Assembly: GCA_013239625.1 (NCBI GenBank)
Contig: MU053164.1
Span: 24,734-88,733 of the forward strand
DNA length: 64,000 nucleotides
Reading direction: 5' to 3'
Source: Lama guanicoe
Lineage: Eukaryota
Made by a program: the position numbers and the translations under genes. The stretch's first letter is position 1. Each line of letters opens with the position of its first letter. A model generated the notes under the pieces. That model searched no databases. It saw nothing but the letters and a program-made list of their open reading frames with translations, and was not told the DNA's origin. Below are positions 1 to 13,400 of the stretch, in pieces.

Positions 1-3000
1 TGGATGTATAAGTGGGACTACAATCATGAAGTAGGCGGGGAGCTGGAGCAAATAAGCAAATGCATCTGCCTCCTCCAGAGAGTTACTTCTTTACACTGTG
101 TTCTACTGGGTTACCATGATAATCATGTCAAACGAGAGAACTGCTCTTTCTCACTCCTCTCCTAGTCCAGCCAAAGAGTATTAATACCAACATTAGATTC
201 AGAGCAAAGTGGCTTTGAGGTTTGGTTTTGGTTTCTGAATGATCCAGGTAAATTGAGTGATTTCCCTAGTTTACTTTTGTAGGTGGAGAAGACACTGTTT
301 TGTTTAGTTATTAATCCTGCAAACATTTTAGTCCTCTGTGCCAGGCACAGTTCTAGAAACAGAGGATCAGAAATAAGACATGGACTCTACCTTACTGCAC
401 AGTGTAAAGTGCTCACTGGGAGCTCCATTCAGTTGGGGAAGCAAGGCTCACAGATACAAGACACATAAAGAATATGAAAGAGAATATGCAATTAAGTGCT
501 ACATAGCACATTTGCAGTACATTCAGTCCACAAGTAACACCTGTTATGAGTCAGATAAAGCTACTCTATCAAAATACAGACTTTAAAGAAATATATTTAT
601 ATAGTTTCTGTTTAGAGAAGAGAAAGATTGCTAAGCAATGTAGGTAATTGAGACATACAGTGAAAATATTCCTGTTCTCCGAGTCTTTGTAGCAACAGTG
701 TTTGTATTGTGACCAATTTCAACCAGAAAAATGGGAAAATAGCCAAAGATCATTTACTGTGAGGAAAAACTAGGTGAAAAGGACTGCCAAAGCTGCTGCT
801 TCTGCCCCAAATTGAACGCATAATCCAAAGCCTGCTTGCTTCCAGTCACCAGAAAACCATTGCTCTAGGTCTGACTTTGCAATAAGCAGTCTGGTGACTT
901 TCACAAATCACTTGATCTTTTTGTGCTAAAGTTTTTCTTTTGTCCAAAACCTAACTCTCTTGAGAGACTCAGATCCAATGCTGACTCCTCTGTGAAGCTT
1001 TTTCTGATCTCCTGTCTTCCTCCATGCCCTCCCGCTTCATCCCCTTTCACCACCTAATTGTCTCAAAGGATGCTTTCTGACTCCTAAATTCCCTTCATCT
1101 TTGAGTTGTACCTCTTTTCTATGGTACTTACCACTTTGACCTTATATCGTATCATTTTTTACATCAAGTTACACTATTTTCTATACGTCTAGATGCCAAT
1201 CAATGGTCCTGGTCAATTTAAAGGATTTTTTGTGTGTGTTTGGTTTTGCATCTTGCTTTGGTGACAGATGCCGAAGTTTTACAGGGTAAAAAGAGTGATT
1301 TAAAATGCCAGGCCTTTTAAGTACTATGTCGTATCATATTTCACTCATACTTGCACAAGTGGTGACAGCCCCAGGTGAAAAGGATTCATAATTGGAGTTT
1401 TTTATACAGTAGTAAATATAAAAATTGCTTCTCTTAGCAACTTAAAAATCTTTTAGCTCAACATTTGTTGACAGTATACATTGTATATATTCCATAGAAA
1501 GCTTTTATTTTAAGGATTAGACTCACTTTTGTTTGAAATTGGAAAGTGTACTAGATTTTAATGCTTTCAGGAATTAATGTCAAGATTAGAATTCCCAACA
1601 TAGGCTCGCTTGAAGCACTTGAAATAATATTAAGTTAGCCCTGTCTGAAATTACAGCATCTTTTTAGTATGTTATTTCTGTTTACCTACAATAAGTGAGT
1701 TTTAGTACAGTAAAATAAACAACTTTTTGGTTCTGTTTACTGACAGCCAACTCATTCTGCTTTACTAGTTTTCCCTTCTTCCTCAGCTTGTAAGTGTCGG
1801 GGCACCCAGGGCTCAGTACTTGACCCTGTTCTCCATCTATGCTAACTTGCTCCATGACCCAATCTCTGCCGTAGCTTTATCTCCCTTTTTCTAATTGTTA
1901 TTTCAAATTTACATGCCTAGGACCAAATTCCTTATCCCCATCCCTACCCAAGTTCCCCCCCAAATCAATCTGTCATCAAATCCTATTAAGTTCTACCTTG
2001 AAATGTATCTAGAATAGAACTCTTTCTTACCACCTCCACAGCTACCAAACCACCATCATTTCTATACTGAGTTACTGCATTTCAAAAAGCCTCTAATGAG
2101 CTTTTACTAAGGAACTTTAACTCATTCTTTCATAATGAAGTAGAGCTGTCCTTTCTGAAGAGATGTCATTTGCACCAGAGTATGTGAAGTTCTAAAACTT
2201 GGGTTTTTCTCAACTTGGGTTACATCATTGATATAATTTGCATGTATTTTTTTAAGTTCTCAGAGACGATGCTCATAAGATCCTGCTCTCTCCCGTAATG
2301 CCTTGACCTTATAATTCTTCCTATCATGCCCTGATGAGTGCTTTGTACTAAGTGAGTTCCCAGCAGATACTGTTGAGCAACTTCTGTGTCTGGGCTGTGA
2401 ATAAGTCATATGGTTTACTCCACTCTTTGGAGATAATATCTCTTTGTGTATGTATCTTGCTCTGTTAGGGTGACTGTTTATTAGTGTCCTTCTCTGTCCT
2501 TTAGTCTCTCTCCTCCCATATTGCTTCTGCCTTTACTTATTTAATGTTTGTGTTTTCCTTGCTCTTTAAATATTAGCGTCACTAATAAGATTGTTGTTCT
2601 CATTCTGTCACTTATGATGCCGGTTGCAATCAGTATTTTGATGATAATTTCAAAATTGTCCTTTGTATACTTGCTCACTCTGTTTATCTAACCATTTGTG
2701 CATGTATCCTTCAAGCCCTTATCCTACCTTAGTACATTTTGAACCTGTATTATCATTATCACTAGGCTCTGTTCTGTAATATCAAGTCAGAATTCAGACT
2801 ATGTAGTATGAGCTATGTGATGCATCATTTAATCATCAATGTTAATTTGGAAATGAAAATAATGGTACATATTGCATACAACCACGTTATGGTATAATCT
2901 CTACATACACTTTTCTTTGGTGATTTGAATGGGATTTGAATGTGATTTTTATCTAGATGATGCCTATTGAAATGTAACAGTAACTTTTTATATTTTATAC

Positions 3001-3572
3001 CATTAATAAGACAGATAATTCCTTTAGACTAGATTTCCTAAAAATGTGCTTTTTTTTAATGTTTGAAATGTTTGAGATAGTCATGAATATCTAAGGGACA
3101 GATTTGTATTGTTGAATAAGATAGAATTTTGATTTGATAATATTTTTTGTGGCTTCATTTCAGTAGTCATCTCTTTGTTCTAAATTATTTCTGGGCTAAT
3201 TTATTCCCTAAGATTTACTAGGGTTAGCTTTGCTCAGGCAATATAGAGATTTGTAACATGACATATCATCGTAACCAGGTAGGGTAAAATAGATGCCAAA
3301 ATTTGAATGCGAGGTTAAATGAGTTGGGCATACTCTTTAGACAGTGTACATGCCATGCATTGACAATATACGTCAAGAAGACTAATATGATAGAAGCAAG
3401 AAGTGAATAGTATGGATTGAAAAAGTAAGAGCAAGGAAGTAGAGAGTCCAATTAGGAGTTTATTACAAATCTAGACTCAGGAGATTTTATTTTTTAATTA
3501 GAATGTCATTAAACATAAGATGTGATTACATATGGGGGACAAAAGAGAGAAGAATAAAAAGTAGAAGAAGGG

Positions 3573-4190
3573 CCCTCATTCATTGCTCGTGGGATTGTAC
3601 AATGGTTACAACCACTGTGAAAAGCAGTTTGGTGGTTCCTCAGTGACTTAAACATAGAATTACCATATTATACAGCAGTTCCACTCCTGGGTCTACTCAG
3701 AAGATAAAAGCAGGTGTTCAAACAAGTGTGCACACATTTTTTATAGCAGCACTATTCACAATAGCCATGAAACAGCCCAAATGTCCATCACCTAATGAAT
3801 GGATATCCATACAATGGAATATTATTCACTAATAAAAAGGAATGAAGTACTGATTCATGCTACAATATGGATGAACCCTGAAAGCATTATGCAAAATGAA
3901 AGAAACCAGACATATAAGGCCACATATTTTATGGGCTGAAATATCCAGGGTAGGCAAATTCATAGAGACAGAAAGAGGTTAGTAGTTGCCAGAGACTGGG
4001 CAGAGTGGGGAGTGGGGAGTGATTGTTTAATAGGTTTAGGTTTTCCTTTGGGGATGATGAAAATATTAAGGAACTCTAGGTAGCAGTGATAGTTGCACAA
4101 CATTGTGAACATACTGAGTGCCACTGAATTTTAAAATGGTTAAAATGATAAATTTTATTTCATGTATGTTTTGCCATAATTTTTAAAAAT
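3573..4190 (+). mobile_element. Old L1 (L1MB-like) 3' end fragment
   Basis: Typical L1M 3' motifs (cattgct..gggattgtacaatgg, gcagcactattcacaatagcc, ggaatattattca, catgctacaatatggatgaacc) ending in an A-rich tail. Confidence 0.8.
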
Positions 4191-4599
4191 AACTTAAAAT
4201 TAAGCTAGTTTTTTTTTTTAAGTGATGCCAGAGTAAGAATCATGGACTTAAATGCTTTCAGGTCCCTGGGAGTTGTAGGATACAGAGGTTGCAAGTGAGG
4301 GAATGTGGCGAACCAGGCAATCAGAATGCAGGCCAAATAAAACATGACTGTGGGCTGTGGTTCTCAACCTCTGTTACAGAGTGAACTGAGCAGCAATGAT
4401 GTGATGTCAAGTAGATTCTTTATGGTAGAATCAGACTCAGCTGTTGTGTAAGAGTAGAGGGTAATTCTAACTTGTTTACCCCATGTGTTCACCATTCAGC
4501 ATGGTGCCTAGCCAACACACACAAATGCTCAGAAGGCATTTGTTGGATGAAAAATAAATTAAAAATAAGTAAATAAATAAAGACTGGGCAGTAAGTCTA

Positions 4600-5300
4600 T
4601 TGTATTCCTTTTCTCAGCCAAGTCGATCTCCATTTACCCTACCCCCAATTAATCAGTTTGCAAATTTTAATGATCTGTATTTTTAATATCTCTTGAATAT
4701 GTTTTTTCTCCTATATCCTCTATCCTTTTCTCACTGCCAACTCAGGCCCATGACATTTCTTGCCTGAGATTACTGCAACAAATTCCTAAAGGTCTCCCTT
4801 CCTCTAAGCTTGCCTTCATTTATTCTCTTCAACATATGGTAAACCACAGCGTCCTGCTTAAAATCCTGCAGTGCTTTCAGATGGAGTCTGAAGGTGGTGG
4901 GGAAAACACCTGTAATGTATTGCCCCTTCCTCGTCTGCTGCTCCTCATCTCAGACCTCTGTCATGCCAGCCGCTGGGAACTTCCCAGGGTTACTGATGCA
5001 TGCCCTCCTGTCTTTGACACGCTCTTCTTTTTCCATAGAATGCCCTTCAGCCTTTGTTGTCCTTCCATCCTTTAAGACTCTGATTCCTCCAAGAAACTTT
5101 CCTAACCAGTTCAGTCTCAGAGAGGGCCTCCTATTTTGGCTTTTATCTGTGCCCACAGCACCCTGCATTTCTTTTATGTCACTTACCTCACTGGTGTATC
5201 GTGATGTTTACTTGTCTGATTCCCTTGTCACATTGCTAACTCCCTGAGGCTAGAAACCACATCTATCTCCAGTGCCTGGCACATGGCAGCCACCCAGCAA
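4600..5300 (-). mobile_element. L2 LINE fragment(s)
   Basis: L2-like motifs (gattactgcaacaaattcctaaaggtctccct; ccagtgcctggcacatggcag); boundaries approximate. Confidence 0.5.
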
Positions 5301-6238
5301 AGGCAACCCTGATCACTATTACAAACAACTAACTTATTATATGGTGATCACATACTCAGTGTATTTTAAATGAGAATGCTTTAAGAGGTTCAAGGTAGGA
5401 TATAAGTGTTAGATATGTAAGAAATGCCAATCAAGAATTCAAATGAGAGAAATTTTTCGTGAAAGAGATGGCGTTTGGCATGAGCAGGGACCACGTGTTA
5501 GGCTTTGAGGCCATCAGGACCCTACCTAGTACTGGGGACTGGTACTACCCAGCCATCAGTAGCCGTTAGTTGATTCCCCCTTATAAACAGGCATTTCCAA
5601 GAAGTATTCTGAATTTTAGTCTATTTTCTTTTGTGATTTAAGATGAAGCAACACTACCTCTAAAACTGTACCTGACAGTGGACTCACTGTTACAGTGAGC
5701 TTCAGAAATAAATATCGAGGCACTAGTGTGGCCCAGCTTCGTGAAAGCTGTCATCTAGTTTTAGTGAAAAATGATTAAGGTCCTAAAACTGCTTTTTGCC
5801 TTTCAGAAATGGCTTCACACACGTATTTGAAAATGGAATGTTAATACATAAGAAGCAGGCAGCAGGTTGACTCTTAGACTCCCCTTGTACTTGTTAGTTC
5901 ATTTTAGGGCGCTCTTAAGTATNNNNNNNNNNNNNNNNNNNNNNNNNNNNNNNNNNNNNNNNNNNNNNNNNNNNNNNNNNNNNNNNNNNNNNNNNNNNNN
6001 NNNNNNNNNNNNNNNNNNNNNNNNNNNNNNNNNNNNNNNNNNNNNNNNNNNNNNNNNNNNNNNNNNNNNNNNNNNNNNNNNNNNNNNNNNNNNNNNNNNN
6101 NNNNNNNNNNNNNNNNNNNNNNNNNNNNNNNNNNNNNNNNNNNNNNNNNNNNNNNNNNNNNNNNNNNNNNNNNNNNNNNNNNNNNNNNNNNNNNNNNNNN
6201 NNNNNNNNNNNNNNNNNNNNNNNNNNNNNNNNNNNNNN

Positions 6239-6933
6239 GCCCAAGGCGAGGTGGCTTAACAGGCGTGGGTGCCGGCGCAGCAGGGCCTTTACGGCCCTAA
6301 AAGGCCCCTCGCAGGCGCTGGACCTTCTGCACCCGGTGCGCCGCAGCCGCCGCGCCCTGGCCTCCGCGGGCTCCTCGTCGGAGCGCTCCTCGGCTTCGGC
6401 CTCGGGCTGCTCTGGGCCAGCTTCGGCCTGTTCCGCCGGGCCTGAGGGCTCCGACGCCTTCCGGAAGGCTCTGGCTGGGAGTTCTGCCTCTTCCTGGAAG
6501 AGCAGAACGCGGAGCTTCCCGCGCGCCACCAGCAGCCCGCGGTCGGCCTCCCGCCGCGGCCCCGGGCCGGCGCGGCGCCCGGCGCTCCTGGGCAGCACCC
6601 GCGCGCGCGCCCACGCGCTCCGCCCCGGCCCGCAGCCGCGCCGGCGTGCTGCTCGCGGTGTGGTGGCTGCGACTCAGCGCGCCCGGGCCACTCTGGATGC
6701 GGCTCACGGGGCCGGCCAGGCCCCCCTGCCGCTCGCGCGGCGCCTCCAGCATGGTGGCCAGCTTCCCAGCAGGGTCACCGCGGCGACCGTGTGCACCGGG
6801 CCCTCGGGCCCAGGCCCTGGCTCCAGCGCACTCTCCCCGATGACACCCGACCGTCCCGCTTGCTCTCCGCGCAGCCGCCGGCTGCGCTCTGGGCTGGGGC
6901 TGCCTTTCCCGGCTCCTCCCCAGCTCCGGCCCT
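6239..6933 (-). pseudogene. CAVIN3: Processed pseudogene of caveolae-associated protein 3 (CAVIN3/PRKCDBP/SRBC); 3' end lies in the assembly gap
   Basis: Minus-strand frames give [66 protein letters not shown] and GRKGPAAPAPTPVKPPRLG, matching recalled CAVIN3. No intron at LLF(K/Q)|EE. Start ATG is ATC (6841-6839); about 3 frameshifts; in-frame TAG at 6299-6297. Confidence 0.9.
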
Positions 6934-7269
6934 GAAGAACATTTTTTAAGCAACTTAATTAACCTTTGGTCTATGCTAACCACAGCAAAAAGAAGTTTGC
7001 AAGGTTGTGAAGCAACTAAAATTCTCTGACAGTCTTGTTGAATATATAAATTGATACAACCACTCTAGAAAATTATCTGGTAGTTTTTTATAAGATTAAA
7101 CCTACACCTACTTTGTGACCCAACAATTTTGCCGTGAGGTGTTTATCCAAGAAAAATGAAAACGTAGGTCATAAAAAGACTAGTACAAAGCTGTGATTTT
7201 TGTAGAAATTTGTAGAAAGTCTACATTTGGTCACCTGACCAAAGGTCTGTGGCGTTTGACCTGCTGCAG

Positions 7270-7431
7270 GGAAAGCCCGTCTGCTAGTGCTGACACACGT
7301 GCGTTTCTGTCATCGGTCGTGTGCTCCAGTAGGACCCTGCTACTTGATGGCCGGGTAGAACTCAGAAGAGGCCTGCAGAGTCAGGAGCATCTTTTCCTAT
7401 TCAATGACCTGTTCGTTGTGGCCACAATCAA
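7270..7431 (+). CDS. ARHGAP20: ARHGAP20 exon (start of PH domain), [10 protein letters not shown]...[15 protein letters not shown]
   Basis: ctgcag|G acceptor, AA|gtgagt donor; matches human DSPSASVDT...[15 protein letters not shown]. Confidence 0.93.
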
Positions 7432-10400
7432 GTGAGTATGCTCTATACACTCTCCCCTGGTTGTCATTATAAAATTGCATTTCCACTGACAAAGGCAACC
7501 TTTCTGTTCTTTGCTTACTATGAGACTATCTGGACTCTGTTACTATAGCTAATATCTGAAGTGAGTTTTATGTTTGGTTTGGTTTGGTTTTGAAAAGAGT
7601 GTTTCAGTTACTTATTCATTCAATAGGTGTTCATTTAGACCCCACTCTGTGCCATGTTCTCTGTAAATACAGGGGATGCAAAGAAGACTGTGATGGACAT
7701 GATCCCTGCTTTTGTATTTTTTATGTGTAGACATTATCTTCATTGTTACTTTTAGCAGTTTATTCTTTAAACACTTTTTAGAATCCTAAACGTTACAGTT
7801 TGGACTCCAGACATTTTCTCCCAAGACACTGAGGTAAGCCTCAATTGCCCAAATGTCCTTTCCCTTTCCTTTTATACACTGTGGGCCTCTGAATTCTTAT
7901 ACATCAACAAGGACTCCTTTCTCTGAGTTGTTGTGCAGAGGTAGAAATGAATACTGTGCTTAGGACACGTGATGTTGTAGAACTCAGCCTGATTGGCCAA
8001 CCGTTTTACATCACACCAGTCATTGTTACTCCATAATCAAGATGCTGTTCAATTGGTTTGTAAAACATTCACTCCGCCTAATTCCAGTCACCCAGCACTC
8101 TGGACTGAGTGTGTAGTGTCAGCGTGGTAGCCTGGGTCAGGTCCAGCACACTTTGCTGCGATAACACAGAACAGTGAGAGCCGACTGGCCAGCATCCTGT
8201 TTACTGGAGGCCTAGTCCACAGCTCTGCAGGTCTGCATGGCAAGAGGAATCAGCTGCCCACTATCTGAAGTGATTTCTTGGGGTCAGTAGAGTCTCTCTC
8301 TCAGTCTCTGCTTCCTTGATGCTTTCATTCTAATGTGTGGGGGCAGACATTACAAATTGTACTTAGTGTTGAGAAGAAAATAGAGTGCTGGTTGAAGTGA
8401 AATATGGGATATATGTTAGGTAGGTGTAGTCAAGGGGGAAAAAAATCAATGAAGATATTCAGATATTAGGAAGATGGGCAGAGGAGACAGCAGGTACAAA
8501 GGTGGTGGGGAAAGCTTTGACCTTTGGAGGAGTTAAAAGAAAGCCTGTCACTGGAGCATGATAAGCAGGGGAAGTAGGCAAGGATCAGCTTATCAGGACC
8601 TTTGGGGGCTGCTTTAATTGTCTGTTGTCATACAACAAATTATCCCAAAACACAACAGCTTATGAGTATGAATGTCTTTGTACATTTTCTCTGAGCCAAG
8701 AATCTGAAAGTGGCTTAGCTGGTCGTTCTGGCTCAGAGGCTCTCATGAGGTTGCAGTCAAACTGTTGACCATGGTGACAGTCATGTCAGAGCTTAAATGG
8801 AGCTAGAGAATCCCCTTCCCATCTCACTCAGGGGGGCTGGCAGGCCTCAGGTCCTCAGCGGCTGTTGGCCCAGGGCTGTAGGTCTTCTCCAGGTAGGTCT
8901 CCTCAAAGTGAAAGATCCAAGAACGTGAGGAAGAGAGTACATAAGGGAAAGACCACCCAAAACAGAAGCTGCAGTCTTATAACCTGTTTTGGCAGTGGCA
9001 TACCATCATTTCCAGTGTCTGCTGCTGGCCACAGAGACCAACCTTGGTGCAGTTGGGAGGGAACTAAACAAGGGTATGAATATCAGAAAACAGGCATCAT
9101 TGGGGACGATTTTGGAGGCCGGGTACCACAAGGGCTATGATGGGAGTTTGGACTTTATTCCAAAGGGTTTTAATTAGTTCATATTTTAAAAATATTGTTC
9201 CGGCTATGACAGATAATGGATTAGAGGGTTGGCAAGAGTAGAAGCAGGGAGACTCAACAGGAGGTTATTGTCCTAGACCTGATAAGAGATAGTGAGGGCC
9301 TTAACTGGGGAAATGGCAGTTACATGAAGGATACCGACATATTTGGAATATACTGTAGAGGTAACCAAAAGAATTCACTTTTCACACAACACTAAATGCC
9401 AATGCAGTTAACATCCAGCCTAGAAAACAGTGGTTGCAACTTGCTCCATCCCCCATTCTTATTGTTTATGAAACATCCTAAAAGGTAAGAGTCGTTTAAC
9501 AAATCCAGTCTCATCAAAGAGATTGTTAGTCACTAGAGAATAGTAAACACTTTTTTCTACTATCCACATTCTCACACCTAAGTTACACAATGTCATAGAT
9601 AAGACATGGTTGGGGAGGAGATCCAGACAGTGGAGTGGGAGGACGGTGAGCTCACCTACCCCCAGGAACATATCAAAAGTACAGCTACATGTGGAGCAAT
9701 TCTCACTGAAAAGCTGGAGACTGGCAGAAAGACTTTTCTACAACCAAGGCTGCAAAGAAAGATCTGCAAGAAGTCAGGTAGAAAGGCAGGAGAAACAATC
9801 AGGTCGGGGCCCCCACCCCTAGGAGGGGACACAGAAGATGGGGGTATCATGGGCTTGCAAATCTTACCTGGGGAACGAGTGATTTGAAACATATATTGGG
9901 CATCCTAGCCAATACCAAGAAGACAAGTCCCTTTGAAAACCAGTAGGAGGGCTGTAAGAAACCGAGAGTCCACTCATGAAGAATGTGCACACACTCTTGC
10001 TTACTCCTCAAACCAAGTGGAGGAAGCAGATTAAAACTGCCCAGGGCTCTGACCCAGTGCACACCCCGGCATCGTCTCTGACTAGCTCAACTCCCAACCA
10101 GGGTGTTGCCAAGAAGAGTGTGCACTTGGAGGACACAGAACCAGCTTAGACACAGCACTGCAATTGAATGAGCCAAGGACATTTATCACTGGCACTCATG
10201 TAGGTGACAGATTGGGAGCTGTCTGGAGCTCTGACTGGTATACTGGGGACTGCCCCAGTGTGCACCCCAGCTGCACCAGGTAGCCATGCCAAATTCCTCT
10301 TCATCACTGCTCCCCTCTGTGGCAAAGGTGCCACTGCTGGGAGAAGGAAGAGTACACATTTAGAGGGAACAGAACTAGCTCAGACCTGACCCTCAGGGTT

Positions 10401-13400
10401 TCTGTTCCAACACCTTTGGACCTGACCCTGGCCCCAGTAGGGTGGTGATGGCCACTGAGCATAGGAGAAGCTCCAGCTCACACCTGGCTCAGGGTGTAGC
10501 CACTCCATCTCCAGCCCTACCTCTCACCAAGGTGATAGGTGGCAGCGTATCCTGGGAGAAGACATGACCCACACTCAGTTAAGATCCAGCTCTCCCACCA
10601 AAGCCACTCAGAATGTGCAGACTTGCATAGGTATGCTCCCATACAAGGACACCCTTTTAATGAGATAAGTAAGTGTTTCACCTAATTTCATAGAGACAGA
10701 GAAAGTTAGACAAAATAAAAAGACATAGGAGTTTGTTTCAAACAAAAAGCAAACAAAAAACCCTAAAAAACAACAAATGAAACAGATAAAGAACATACCA
10801 GATAAAGAGTTCAAAGCATTAGTAGTCAAAATGCTGCCTGAACTTGGGAAAAGAATAGATAAAAACAGTGAGAATTTTGACAAAGAACTAGAAAATACAA
10901 AAAGCACCAGTCAGAGCTTGAGAATACAGTAACGGAAATGAAAAACATACTAGAAGGAGCTAATAGCCAGGTAGGTGATACAGATGACTGTATAAGTGAT
11001 CTTGAAGACAGGATAATGGAAATCACCCAATGAAAAAAGAAAAACAAATTAAAAAATAAGGACAGTTAGAGGGGACTATAGGACAACATGAAGAGTACTA
11101 ATACTCATATTATAGGATCCTAGAAGGAGAAGGGAGAGAGAAAGGGGCCAAAAATGTATTTGAGGAAATTATGGCTGAAAACTTCTCAAACTGAAGAAGG
11201 AGACAGATAACCAGGTACAAGAAGCACATGGGATACTTCCAAAACAAAATGATACCAAAGAGACCCACATCGAGACATGTCACATTAAAATGGCAAAAGT
11301 TAAAGAGAGCATTCTAAAGGCAGCAAGAGAAAAACAGAGTCACATTAAGGGAACCCCCTTAAGGCTATCAGCTGATTTTTCTGGAGAAACTTTGCAGACC
11401 ACAATAGAGTGACATGATATATTTAAAGTGCTGAGAGATAAAAACCTACAATCTAGGACACTCTACCAGCAAAGTTGCCACTCAGAATTAAAGGAGAGAT
11501 AAAGAACTTCTCAGACAAGCAAACTTAGAGTTCATCAAAACTAACAACCCTAAAACTTGTTAGAGAGTCTTCTCTAAGTAGAAAAGACAAGGCTACAACA
11601 AGAAGTAACAAGTTAGTGGAATGTATGTGTGTATATGCATGACTGGGACATTGTGCTGTACACCAGAAATTGACACATTGTAACTGACTGTACTTCAATT
11701 TTTAAAAGGAAGTAACAAGTTACAGAACAGTAAAAATCATACTTGTAAAGGAAAATACATAGTAAAGGCTGTGGATAATGACTTAAGTAAGATAGTATGA
11801 AGATTAAAAGATAAAAATTGTAAAAATCAACTACAACTAAAACAAACAGTTAAGGGATAAACATGAAGTTGTAAAATATGACATCAAAAAAAGAAAATGT
11901 GGGGGAAGGAAGAAAAAATGTAGATCTTTAGAATGTGTTTGAATTTAAATGACTATCAGTTTAAAACAAGTAGATACAGATCAACATATATAAACCCCAT
12001 GGTAACCACAAATCAAAAGCCTACAACAGATACACAAAAGCTAAGAAAAAAAGGAACACAAGCATTCTGCTAAAGAAAATCATTAAACCACAAAAAAAGA
12101 GACAGAAGAACTACAAAAACAACCAGAAAGCAAGCAACAAAAATGGCAGTAAGAGTGCATACCTATCAATCACTCTTTAAATGTCAATGGAAAAAATGCT
12201 GACATCAAAAAATAGAGGGTGGCTGATTTGGATTAAAAAACAAGACCCTTCTATATGCTGCCCACAAGAGACTCACTCCAGAGCTAAAGACACAGACAGC
12301 CTTAAAGTGGGGAGGAGGGTGTGGAAAAAGATATTTCATGCAAATAGAAAAGACAAAGCTAGAGTAGCAATACTCATATCAGACAAAGTAGATTTTAAAA
12401 CAAAAGCTGAACAAAGATGAAGAAGGGAATTAACGATAAGGGAGTTAGTATAAGAAGAGGATATTACACTCATTAACATATGTGTACCCAATACAGAAGC
12501 ACCTAAGTATATAAAGTAGACATTAGCAGACATAAAGGGAGAAACTGACAGTAGGTGACTTTAAGACCACATTTACAATGGGCAGATCATCCAGACAGAA
12601 AATCAGTGCAGGTGCTTTATAAGAATGGCAATAACCAGGGCTTTTTATAGATACACAATGGTTATGAGCATAATAAATAAGCTTGAGTCCACTCTGCTCA
12701 AGTTCAGATTCTATCTCTGCTAGTTAAGCGGTTTGACTTTTGACAGATTACTTTAACTCCCTATGACATTTCCTTATCTATAAAGTGTTTGAAGATTAAA
12801 CCAAATAATATGTGTTAAGTGTTTACAACAATGAATGGCAAATGGTAAGTTCAATAGATGCTGACCATTAGAATGGAAGTCATTCTTAATGCTTTCAGAC
12901 AGCACCTTGTTATTTGTATAAGGAAATGGATACTTTTGGCACTTTATTGATCTAGGGAAGGATTTTTTCCAGATCAATAGACACATAAAGTGCCCACATG
13001 GTATCTGAATTATCTAATATAAAGAGAGGTCTGCATCAAAAGACACAAAATGTATGAAAACAGATATGGAAACACACTTTTCCTTCCAAAAGTTTCATAG
13101 TGTCAGTTTTATGTTACCTAAATAGCTGCCATCAAGAAATAAATTTTTAAAAGAAAAAAAAATCTTCAGTCTGTTTCATTTAAAAAAATCTAATGATTCA
13201 TAGCGATAAAAAATATTGAAATGAAATATAGAATGAAGCCATTGTGCCACGAAGCACTTTACTGTTACACTTAAGTGGTGTGCCCTACAGGAAGCGTAGA
13301 TGAGGCTTTGAATCTAGACTGTCCTTCGTGTATATAGTTCCTGCAAAATCCCCTTTCATTTTATAAATCCTGCAGAAGAGTTTTAGTTTTAAATATCCCA

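Noticed and set aside
6336..6935. 199-aa plus-strand ORF and overlapping Arg/Ala/Gly/Pro-rich ORFs
   Set aside because: Stop-poor frames are expected in very GC-rich DNA; explained by the frameshifted CAVIN3 retrocopy on the other strand
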